This document shows, one piece after another, positions 8,853 through 16,682 of a DNA stretch of 42,217 nt. The DNA is taken from positions 12,250 to 54,466 of the forward strand of contig JAGDXK010000010.1 in NCBI GenBank assembly GCA_023256405.1, read 5' to 3'. The notes under the pieces are model-generated. The model worked only from the letters and a program-made list of their open reading frames with translations, was not told where the DNA came from and did not search any database. Origin of the DNA: Nitrososphaerales archaeon. Lineage in GTDB: Archaea > Thermoproteota > Nitrososphaeria > Conexivisphaerales > UBA164. The position numbers and the translations under genes are program-made. Each line of letters starts with the position of its first letter. Position 1 is the stretch's first letter.

Positions 8853-10718
8853 ATGGCCCCAGAGGAAGCCCAATCTTCGGAGGCCAAGGCTAAGAAATAT
8901 GATCAGGGCTTAGTTAAGGGGCTCTCTGATTTTGATCTTCTGATGCTGGTTATAGGCTCAGTTCTCGGGGGCTCATGGCTTTTTGGGGCGTATTACTCAG
9001 CGATGTATGTGGGCCCGGCCTCAATAATTTCGTGGATAATCGGAGGGGTGCTTCTGATCTTTGTAGCTATAGTGTGGGCCGAGGTCGGATCCCTCTTCCC
9101 AAAATCAGGGGGGCTAGTAAGAATTCCGCAGTACACGGGCGGCACGTTTGCTTCGTTTGTTATGGGCTGGGCATATCTTCTGGGCATAATTACAGTTGCG
9201 CCAACCGAAACGCTGGGGGCCGTTCAGTATCTTTCGTCCTTTATCCCAGGGATATTCGTAAACGGCACAATAACGCTCAAGGGGGGAATAATAACTTTTG
9301 CGCTACTGACCTTCTTCTTCTTTCTCAACTACTTTGGGGTGAAGCTCTTCGGAAAAGTAAACGATTCCTTTGGCATCTGGAAGCTTATAATACCCACGAT
9401 GGCGGTGATTCTGCTTATTGTATTTTATCCACATCCCGAGAACTTTACATCACTGCCTGGAGGCTTTGCTCCTTACGGATATTCCTCCATGTTCCTTGCT
9501 GTTTCCGCCGGCGGAATAATTTACTCGTATCTTGGGTTCAGGGAGTCGATAGATTATGCTGGCGAATCGAAAAATCCAGAACGGGCAATTCCTCTTTCAA
9601 CAATAGGAGGCCTGGTTATCATGATGGTCCTGTACGTGCTCATTCAGGTAGCATTCATAGCTGGCCTTGATTGGAAGGCCCTTGGTCTGAGCCCCGGCGA
9701 CTGGTCAGGCCTGCAGAGCACGGTTTTGTCGAACGGCCCGTTCTTCGAAATATTCAGGCTTTCTGGCATAGCGATACTTGTTGCATTTACTTCAGTTCTC
9801 CTGATAGACGCTATAATTTCGCCATCGGGATGCTCCATAATAACCACCGGTGTATCCTCAAGAACCTTTTATGGCCTGGCCGCAGATGGACACCTTCCCG
9901 AGTTCTTTCTGAAGCTTAACAGATGGAGAATACCATGGATATCCCTGCTTGCTTCGTGGCTTCTTGGAGCTTTATTTATAATACCATACCCCACTTGGCA
10001 GCTCCTTTCAACCTTCATAAGCGCCGCAACCGTGATAGCTTACCTTGGAGGTATGCCAGCCCTGATGGCCCTCAGAAAGTTCGCTCCTGACGTAAAAAGG
10101 AGGTTCAGAGCTCCAGCGGCCGGGATTATAGTTCCAGCGGCATTCATAGTTTCCGTTCTCCTTATCTACTGGACCCCCTACACGGTGCTCTATGGAACTG
10201 TGGTTGTTACGCTCGCCGGTCTTCCACTTTACTTTATTTATTCCGCTAGAAAATACGGAAGAAAGCTGCTAGTGGCGCTCTCATCTTCAGCTGTTTACCT
10301 GGCCATCTTGTTCTTTATAACTTACTATATCGCATACCGGAGGATAGCGCTTCCCTACTCGGAAAGCATAACGGAGCAGATGGGCTTCATATTCCCATTC
10401 CTTGAGTTCTGGAGCGCCCTTGTGGTTCTGCTGATCGCATACATTTTTGTGAACTATTATGCTATAAACGAAAATGGAAGAAAACATGTAAGGTCAGGAC
10501 TGTGGATAGTAGCGCTGCTGGTTACTCTGCTTCTGATCTCGTTCTTTGGACCTTACGGTCCCCTTGAGTCGCCTCTAATAACATTCCCTGAGGACAACTT
10601 TGTTGCTATAGCCGTCGGGATCATTTTCTACCTGTGGTCGGTCAGGGCCTCCTTCTTCACGGAGGACCTTGGAGCTGTGCTGAGCGAATACAGGGAAAGC
10701 GCCAAAAAACCTGACTGA
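8853..10718 (+). CDS. APC-family amino acid/polyamine permease with extra C-terminal TM helices
   Basis: IGSVLGGSWLFG, PKSGGLVRIPQY, YLGFRESIDYAGESKNP and SRTFYGLA. Confidence 0.88.
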   Translation: MAPEEAQSSEAKAKKYDQGLVKGLSDFDLLMLVIGSVLGGSWLFGAYYSAMYVGPASIISWIIGGVLLIFVAIVWAEVGSLFPKSGGLVRIPQYTGGTFASFVMGWAYLLGIITVAPTETLGAVQYLSSFIPGIFVNGTITLKGGIITFALLTFFFFLNYFGVKLFGKVNDSFGIWKLIIPTMAVILLIVFYPHPENFTSLPGGFAPYGYSSMFLAVSAGGIIYSYLGFRESIDYAGESKNPERAIPLSTIGGLVIMMVLYVLIQVAFIAGLDWKALGLSPGDWSGLQSTVLSNGPFFEIFRLSGIAILVAFTSVLLIDAIISPSGCSIITTGVSSRTFYGLAADGHLPEFFLKLNRWRIPWISLLASWLLGALFIIPYPTWQLLSTFISAATVIAYLGGMPALMALRKFAPDVKRRFRAPAAGIIVPAAFIVSVLLIYWTPYTVLYGTVVVTLAGLPLYFIYSARKYGRKLLVALSSSAVYLAILFFITYYIAYRRIALPYSESITEQMGFIFPFLEFWSALVVLLIAYIFVNYYAINENGRKHVRSGLWIVALLVTLLLISFFGPYGPLESPLITFPEDNFVAIAVGIIFYLWSVRASFFTEDLGAVLSEYRESAKKPD

Positions 10719-10722
10719 TTAC

Positions 10723-10764
10723 AAAAGCAGAAAGCTTCGTCGTTCATGGCGGGTATGAGGTCAG
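10723..10764 (+). mobile_element. Minimal IS200/IS605-type end remnant (left-end start, one hairpin, TCAG end)
   Basis: TTAC|AAAAGCAGAAAGCTTCG (10719-10739) is the exact reverse complement of 15376-15396. It is followed by hairpin TCGTCG-TTCA-TGGCGG and GAGGTCAG. Confidence 0.6.
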
Positions 10765-10870
10765 AGTGAACTTGTTGCCCCTCGAGCAATATTAAAAGGG
10801 TGACCTGGGGCAGATGATTTAAACACCAGCCCGTCAGGTTTATTTAGCGTTTCAAAAGAAGCGATGCTTC

Positions 10871-11284
10871 CTAAAATCGCTCTGTATAAAAGTATGTGCC
10901 CTTTACGATGCTACACAGCGTGTTGTTCCCGTCATAGACCTCAATCAGCGCGTAAGCCAGGTTCTTTCCGCCCTTGATAATCCTCGATCTGGCAACTATG
11001 GGGCCCGTTGTTATCGGCCTCATGTACGTTATTTCAAGGTCTACTGTTACTTCGTTATAACCAAGGTTGCTGGTCAGCGCCGCGCATCCGCCAGCGGCAT
11101 CTGCAAGCGTTGCTATAGCTCCTCCGTTAACGAAACCTCCGAACCTCGTTATCTCCTCCCTGAAGTCCATATAGAGCGCACACTCTCCATGCCCGATGTT
11201 TTTGACTTTTATCCCAACGTGTTTGAGAAACGGATCATTCTCTAGGATCTCCTTAAGGAAGTCCAGACTCATAACATGTATCAA
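10871..11284 (-). CDS. PaaI-family hotdog-fold thioesterase
   Basis: GFVNGGAIATLADAAGG and VTVDLEITYMRP. Confidence 0.9.
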   Translation of the reverse strand: MIHVMSLDFLKEILENDPFLKHVGIKVKNIGHGECALYMDFREEITRFGGFVNGGAIATLADAAGGCAALTSNLGYNEVTVDLEITYMRPITTGPIVARSRIIKGGKNLAYALIEVYDGNNTLCSIVKGTYFYTERF

Positions 11285-11311
11285 CTGTAAGCATCTAAAA
11301 GCTTTGCTGAG

Positions 11312-11875
11312 CTAAGACGATCTGTAGAGGTAGCCGCTGAAATAAAGTATCCATAGAAGCACCGGATATGCTATCATCCTCTCTATGCCGCCTGGCCCAA
11401 GCCCAAGCGTGACCCCTGATGCAAATAAGAATAGCGAAACAAGGGAGAAAAGACCGACAAGGATGGATATGTATTTCATTAAAGAACCCTGAAGTCTATA
11501 GGAGCTGATGACTGCAAGTGAACCAAAGAGGAACGTTATAAACGAGACTATAGTGTGTATGTGATAAGGAGAGTACTCCGGAAACACCCCCACTAGAAAA
11601 GCGCCCAGACCTCCTATGAACATGAGGGTCGGGAAGAGCTTCGTTTTCAGGCCCTTATAAACGAGGTATGATGAAATCATGATAGCAATCCCGAAGATCA
11701 TTATAGATGGGTTGAATACAAACGATGTAGATCCCACTCCAAGATCGCTTATATAGTTGGAGCTTATGCTATACCCTTTGTACTCCGCTTCCGCTACAAT
11801 CATCATGATTATGAACTGAAAGGTCCCTACAAAGGTTATGACTCCAGCGTTTCTCAGGTGCGAACTATCGTTCAT
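11312..11875 (-). CDS. DUF998-type membrane protein
   Basis: YSISSNYISDLG, LVGVFPE...HIH and LGPGGIERM; about 5 TM helices. Confidence 0.8.
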   Translation of the reverse strand: MNDSSHLRNAGVITFVGTFQFIIMMIVAEAEYKGYSISSNYISDLGVGSTSFVFNPSIMIFGIAIMISSYLVYKGLKTKLFPTLMFIGGLGAFLVGVFPEYSPYHIHTIVSFITFLFGSLAVISSYRLQGSLMKYISILVGLFSLVSLFLFASGVTLGLGPGGIERMIAYPVLLWILYFSGYLYRSS

Positions 11876-11949
11876 ATAACTAATGTTAAAACGTCTGCCT
11901 TAATAGCTTTATAATTTTATATTGAAGATGAGAGTATGAGCATTTTGTC

Positions 11950-12873
11950 TTGAGGATAACTCCACTGGGAGAGGAATCACTGGGGATAAGGTCCATGTGC
12001 ATTAAGATCGATGCGGACGGAACGGAGATCATACTTGATCCGGGCGCAAGCCTTGCACCCAGAAGGTATGGTCTTCCACCCCATCCACGGGAGCTTGAGG
12101 CGCTTGCTGAGTTCAGAAGGAGGCTTGAGAGGGAGCTTGAGAACGCCGAATATCTCTTTATTTCTCATTATCACAGGGACCACTACACACCAACGTACAG
12201 CAGCGTCTACATGGGGACCAGGGGCGAAAACATATACTCTGGAAAGGTCGTCCTTGCCAAGGATTTCAAGAGCGCAAACTACAGCCAGAGGGTTCGCGGA
12301 TACGTGCTACACAAAAGCGCCTCATCCTCGGCCAAGGAATGGATATTCGCTGACGGCATAACGATTAAGGCCGGCAACGTTAAGATCAGGATCTCGAACC
12401 CCATACCACATGGCAGGGAAGGAAGCAGGACGGGCTTCGTCATCGGGATATCCGTAAAGCACAAAGGCTATTCGATAACCTACCTTCCCGATGTTCAGGG
12501 CCCGCTATCCAAGGCTGCGGTCAAGTTTGCCACTGAAACTAAACCCGATGTTATTATTGTAGGGGGCTTTCCCTACTATCTGCTTGGCTATGCGTTCGAC
12601 GAGAATGATCTGAAGCTATCAAAAGAGCTGCTGCAGGAGATTGTTAAAAGGACAAAACCGGATCAGCTCATCATAGCGCACCACCTTTTAAGGAGCGCTA
12701 ACTGGAAGGAAGCGCTCCCTGAGGGAATAAGCTACGCAACGTACGCGTCATTGCTGGGCAGAGAGGAGAGCCTGCTGGAGGCGATGAGAAAGGAGCTCTA
12801 TGAAAAGGAGAAACCCCCTCCCGGGCACTTTGAGCTGTTCAAGGGAAGGGACAAAGAGGAAAAGGGGGACTAG
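11950..12873 (+). CDS. UPF0282-type metallo-beta-lactamase-fold hydrolase
   Basis: ESLGIRSM, DPGASLAPRRYGLPPHP, ISHYHRDHY, PDVQGP and HHLLR. Confidence 0.85.
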   Translation: MRITPLGEESLGIRSMCIKIDADGTEIILDPGASLAPRRYGLPPHPRELEALAEFRRRLERELENAEYLFISHYHRDHYTPTYSSVYMGTRGENIYSGKVVLAKDFKSANYSQRVRGYVLHKSASSSAKEWIFADGITIKAGNVKIRISNPIPHGREGSRTGFVIGISVKHKGYSITYLPDVQGPLSKAAVKFATETKPDVIIVGGFPYYLLGYAFDENDLKLSKELLQEIVKRTKPDQLIIAHHLLRSANWKEALPEGISYATYASLLGREESLLEAMRKELYEKEKPPPGHFELFKGRDKEEKGD

Positions 12874-12887
12874 AAACGCTTTTATAC
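12873..12887 (+). promoter_or_regulatory. BRE/TATA promoter of tRNA-Val
   Basis: GAAACGC-TTTTATA about 25 nt upstream of the tRNA. Confidence 0.55.
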
Positions 12888-12910
12888 GGATCTAAAAATG
12901 AAAGATTACA

Positions 12911-12985
12911 GGGCCGGTGGTGTAGCCTGGTTAGCACGTCGCCCTCACACGGCGGAGGTCGCCGGTTCGAATCCGGCCCGGCCCA
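12911..12985 (+). tRNA. tRNA-Val(CAC), no intron, CCA not encoded
   Basis: Acceptor GGGCCGG/CCGGCCC, anticodon arm TCGCC-CTCACAC-GGCGG, T arm GCCGG-TTCGAAT-CCGGC. Confidence 0.95.
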
Positions 12986-13030
12986 CTTTCTGGGAAAAGG
13001 TTATCTTTGATCAGATCTTAAGAGCTTCGA

Positions 13031-13900
13031 ATGGGAAAACCCAGCGCTTATCTAAACCTCACAAAGCCTCAGGTTTCTTTCCTCCTCTTCCTGGGAGGCA
13101 TTACTGGTGCATTTATGGCCCTCAGGCCCATTGTTGCGCACGTTTTTAGATTCCTTGTTGGTATGATAGGCCTTTACCTTTCAATAGCTGGCGCGAACGC
13201 CCTTTCGAACTATATAGACAGGGACATAGATGCTAAAATGAAAAGAACCTGCAACAGGGCGCTCCCGTCCGGAAAGCTAACCCCACAGGAGGCCCTGAGG
13301 TTTTCCTTCCTGATCCTTTCTGTTGGTCTCCTGCTGGCGCTGTATTCCAGCATTTACGAGCTTTTCTGGATCGTTGTGGGGGTCGTATTTGATCCGGTTC
13401 TTTATAATTTCCTGAGCAAGAGGAGAACGTATTACAACATACTTATAGGATCAATAGCAGGCGGCACCCCTGTGATGGCGGGGTACAGCTTAGCTTCAGG
13501 AAGTTTCTTCTCTCTCGCACCGTTTCTTATTATGCTTCTTATCATAATTTGGACGCCAGTTCATATATGGAGCATAGCCATAAAGTACAGGGATGATTAC
13601 CGCAACGCTAACGTGCCGATGTTGCCTGTAGTGAAAGGGGTAAGAAACGCATCCTATGCGATAGCCGCATCGGCGGTCTTATTATTTGCAGTTGCATTTT
13701 TATATGCGCTCGAGTTCATGAGCCCGGTTTTTTTGGCGATGATGGTGGCTGCGGGTCTCGCAGTGCTTTATCTCTCAATAAAGCTCTTTGTGAGCACGGA
13801 CATAGAGGGGGACTCCATGAGGTTATTCATATTTTCGAATCTTTATCTAGGCATAGTGTTTGTTCTAATAATTATAAATTCTATTATAAGCGTTTTTTAA
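13031..13900 (+). CDS. ctaB: Protoheme IX farnesyltransferase (heme O synthase)
   Basis: LTKP, NYIDRDIDAKMKRTCNRALPSG and WTPVHIWSIAIKYRDDYRNANVPMLP. Confidence 0.93.
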   Translation: MGKPSAYLNLTKPQVSFLLFLGGITGAFMALRPIVAHVFRFLVGMIGLYLSIAGANALSNYIDRDIDAKMKRTCNRALPSGKLTPQEALRFSFLILSVGLLLALYSSIYELFWIVVGVVFDPVLYNFLSKRRTYYNILIGSIAGGTPVMAGYSLASGSFFSLAPFLIMLLIIIWTPVHIWSIAIKYRDDYRNANVPMLPVVKGVRNASYAIAASAVLLFAVAFLYALEFMSPVFLAMMVAAGLAVLYLSIKLFVSTDIEGDSMRLFIFSNLYLGIVFVLIIINSIISVF

Positions 13901-13958
13901 CGGAAAAATTAACGGTTTTTGCGAACAGCTTATTTATATCCATCCTAAAACAGTAAAT

Positions 13959-14450
13959 ATGAATACGGGTGTAGCTCTGGGCATAATCGCAATAATAGTA
14001 ATTGCAGCAGCCGGAGGATACTATTATTATGTTACTTCACACGGAACGGTAGACATCTACGTGACTACGGGCAACGCTGATCCCATTTATCTTACCATTT
14101 CATCTGTAATGCTTCACTCAAAGAGCGGCCAGTGGATAACCATTTCAAATCAGACGAAGACTGTGCTTCTATCGTCAAACCTCTCCTTCCTTGCATCAGC
14201 ATCAATACCTCCAGGCAACTATACTGAGGTCAGGCTAGTTATAAGCTCTGCAACAGTCACCATAGCTGGCGTTAACGTGACCGTCAGCGTTCCCAGCGGC
14301 GTGATCAAAATTCCAATAGTTCCCGGAGGGCTCAAAGTGCAGGGAGGCAAGACAGCAAAGCTGGAGATACTCATAGGTCCTCATCTGATACAGAACGGGC
14401 GGGGCCAGTACATACTCTCCCCGGTAATAACCGCGACCCAAATCTCATAA
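13959..14450 (+). CDS. DUF4382-like membrane-anchored extracellular beta-rich protein
   Basis: N-terminal TM anchor followed by YYYY, IPPGNYTEVRL, VPSGVIKI and YILSPVI. Confidence 0.7.
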   Translation: MNTGVALGIIAIIVIAAAGGYYYYVTSHGTVDIYVTTGNADPIYLTISSVMLHSKSGQWITISNQTKTVLLSSNLSFLASASIPPGNYTEVRLVISSATVTIAGVNVTVSVPSGVIKIPIVPGGLKVQGGKTAKLEILIGPHLIQNGRGQYILSPVITATQIS

Positions 14451-14508
14451 ATTACGATTTCTTAATTTTTTATTTTTTTGAATTTTAAGAAGGCAGAGCT
14501 CTGCGTTT

Positions 14509-15201
14509 TTAAAAGTTTATCTGAATGCCTCCACCTCCCTGTCTCGGCAGAAAAGGCTCAATAACGTAGGCGAGCTGCTGGGCCGTTACTGTGTGAAGAT
14601 AAGCTCTTCCGGGACCCTCCAGACTCACGAAGAACCATCCTTCATGAGAGAAAAGCATCGATCTTATTCCCCCTACAGTGGATACCGAGTATCTCATTCC
14701 TTCATCAAACGCAAGAAGATGACCTGCCTCCACTTGGATCCTTTCGTTTGGTCTTAGCTCCCGTGCAACAAGGCCGCCATAGGCGTGAAGGAACAGCTTT
14801 CCGCGTCCGCTGAACCTCGCGAAGAAGAGGCCCTCCCCCGCAAGTATGCCGGCCCCTATTCCTACCATCTTAGCATCATAGTTAACGCCTTCTTCTGCAG
14901 CCAGGAAAGAATGTGACTCAGCCAGCACCGAGTTCCCGTTCAGGTCGATTTCAAATACCTTTCCAGGAAACACCCCTGCAAGAACGGCTTCGCCAGGTCC
15001 CTCGAGCTCCGTAACGAAAAACGTGCTTCCTGTTAATGTTCTCTTTAACGCTGAAAGAAATCCTCCCTGCATCACAGTCCTCATGGCTACGCTGGAATCC
15101 TTTGATATAAGATGGCCCCCGTCCACGTATATCCTCTCACCTGGCTCGAGCGTTATTCTTAGATGCTGGAAATCGTTTCCTTCTATTGAGTACTTTGGCA
15201 T
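14509..15201 (-). CDS. AIM24 (TIGR00266) family protein
   Basis: Three repeats of the L-x-P-G/N-E-x-x-x-V-D/E-x-G-H type, GEGLFFARFSGRG and LEGPGRAYL. Confidence 0.88.
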   Translation of the reverse strand: MPKYSIEGNDFQHLRITLEPGERIYVDGGHLISKDSSVAMRTVMQGGFLSALKRTLTGSTFFVTELEGPGEAVLAGVFPGKVFEIDLNGNSVLAESHSFLAAEEGVNYDAKMVGIGAGILAGEGLFFARFSGRGKLFLHAYGGLVARELRPNERIQVEAGHLLAFDEGMRYSVSTVGGIRSMLFSHEGWFFVSLEGPGRAYLHTVTAQQLAYVIEPFLPRQGGGGIQINF

Positions 15202-15243
15202 AGGCTGTATTTTGATTGCAGAAACATAAAAGCATTAGCGCAG

Positions 15244-15392
15244 CTGACCTTCTCTCCGCCATTCATGGCGAAGGTTCCCCGAGGTCTCAGGGATCACCCC
15301 TTTGGCGGGAGCTACTCATTCATTTAATAGCTGGCATGACGTACACAGACACCGTTTCCATTGCGCCGTCAGCGGCGAAGCTTTCTGCTTTT
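15244..15392 (-). mobile_element. 149-bp non-autonomous IS200/IS605-type mini-element with left and right ends
   Basis: Minus strand reads TTAC|AAAAGCAG-AAAG-CTT-CGCCG ctga CGGCG (left end) through to GAAC-CTTCGCCA tgaa TGGCGGAG-AGAAGGTCAG| (right end). No transposase ORF. Confidence 0.7.
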
Positions 15393-15439
15393 GTAAGTGT
15401 TTTTACGCTTCGATTATCTCGCTCTGAAAATGCTAGACT

Positions 15440-15503
15440 TTCACTAATTGTAACCCCCGAGACCTCTGGAGCCCCTAGCCCTTCGGAGCGGGGAGGAGGT
15501 CAG
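15440..15503 (+). mobile_element. Second IS200/IS605-type right-end remnant in the opposite orientation
   Basis: GTAACCCCCGAGACCTCTG-GAGC-CCCTAGCCCTTCGGAGCGGGGAGGAGGTCAG is homologous to the right end at 15244-15297. The 5' boundary is uncertain. Confidence 0.65.
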
Positions 15504-16599
15504 ATCTACTAAGAAATTCGTTGAGAAACACAACCAGCACAAGCGTGATAGCAGAGGAGGCGCCCATCAGGGCCCAGGAATAAAGATCCCCCATGCCAGA
15601 CACGTATCCTATTACAACGCTGCCAAGAACTCCTCCTACAGTCTTACCTGTATAGAGTACGCTCGTAATTGATGTCGAGTACGCTTCTCCCAGATAGTCT
15701 CCCACAAGTGAAAAATAGAGTGGGATCATGGCCCCTCCCAGAAATCCGATTATTATCTCAGGGATCAGCGGCACCCCCAGAGCCCCTAGCGCCGCTGATG
15801 CTGTTATCAGGGCGAATGAAGCGATTATAGTCCTGAGCCTCCCGAAGCTGTCGGAAATCCTTCCCATAATTGGCCTTCCCAGCCCGCTCATCAGAGGAAA
15901 TATTATGGCAGCCAGGTAGAAATAGGATATGTTCTTCAGAGCGAACATGCTGGATGAAAGCGAAAGAAGCGGAACCGTTCCGAGCGCGTACGAGATGTAT
16001 ATTATAAAAAAGATTTTTGAAAGGACAGCCTCCCGTGGTTTTACACCGCGAAGGCCGGCAGGATAGGACACGTTTAAAACAAGCAGCGGAAGAACCAAGG
16101 CCTCTGCAGCGAACATCATTATGCCTATGGTCTGAAGGTTTTTCACCAATAAGAAGAGGGGGTTAAATATGGTGGCCCCTGCCCCAAATCCTAAAGACAC
16201 AAGCCCCACCGCTAGCCCTCTGTTGTTTCTGTGCCACTTTAGTGCGGAGTTCGTAGCGATTCCGTAAAGAATGCCCTCGCCAGCAGAACCCAATCCCCAC
16301 AGAACTATCCTCAGAGCAAGGCCTACGTCCTGAAGAAACGAAAGATAGCCGCCTGCGGATAAAAAAGCTGCAAGGATTCCTATCTTTCTGGGTCCGTAGT
16401 TATCTGCAACAAAACCTCCAGCTATCTGGAACAACGTGCTCATAAGAACGAAGACAAGGAACATGAGCTCGGTATATATTAGGTCGACGTTATAGCGTTT
16501 TGTAAGATAAACAGCGAAGACGTTCCACGAGTACTGGTACACAGAATTAAAGATCATGATTATGGTGGCTGAGGCAAGAATCCTTGGTTTTATTTCCAT
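15475..16599 (-). CDS. MFS transporter, oxalate/formate antiporter (OFA)-like
   Basis: NSVYQYSWNVF, ADNYGPR, KWHRNNRGLAVGLVSLGFG, GLGRPIMGRISDSFGR and LYTGK. Confidence 0.85.
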   Translation of the reverse strand: MEIKPRILASATIIMIFNSVYQYSWNVFAVYLTKRYNVDLIYTELMFLVFVLMSTLFQIAGGFVADNYGPRKIGILAAFLSAGGYLSFLQDVGLALRIVLWGLGSAGEGILYGIATNSALKWHRNNRGLAVGLVSLGFGAGATIFNPLFLLVKNLQTIGIMMFAAEALVLPLLVLNVSYPAGLRGVKPREAVLSKIFFIIYISYALGTVPLLSLSSSMFALKNISYFYLAAIIFPLMSGLGRPIMGRISDSFGRLRTIIASFALITASAALGALGVPLIPEIIIGFLGGAMIPLYFSLVGDYLGEAYSTSITSVLYTGKTVGGVLGSVVIGYVSGMGDLYSWALMGASSAITLVLVVFLNEFLSRSDLLPAPKG

Positions 16600-16682
16600 T
16601 TACCACATAGAAAACCAAAATCTGGCTTAAACTTTTTTGATGATAGCATAAGTTTAAATAAAAACGTTATAATTTTTAAAAC

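Noticed and set aside
8975..9670. 231-aa alternative-frame ORF inside the APC permease
   Set aside because: No recognisable motifs, and fully nested in a well-supported gene
12898..13149. 83-aa ORF
   Set aside because: It overlaps tRNA-Val and ctaB, so it is a shadow ORF
15216..15512. 98-aa plus-strand ORF
   Set aside because: It spans the IS200/IS605-type remnants, and its tail (SERGGGQ) is simply a translation of the right-end sequence. No sign of a real protein.
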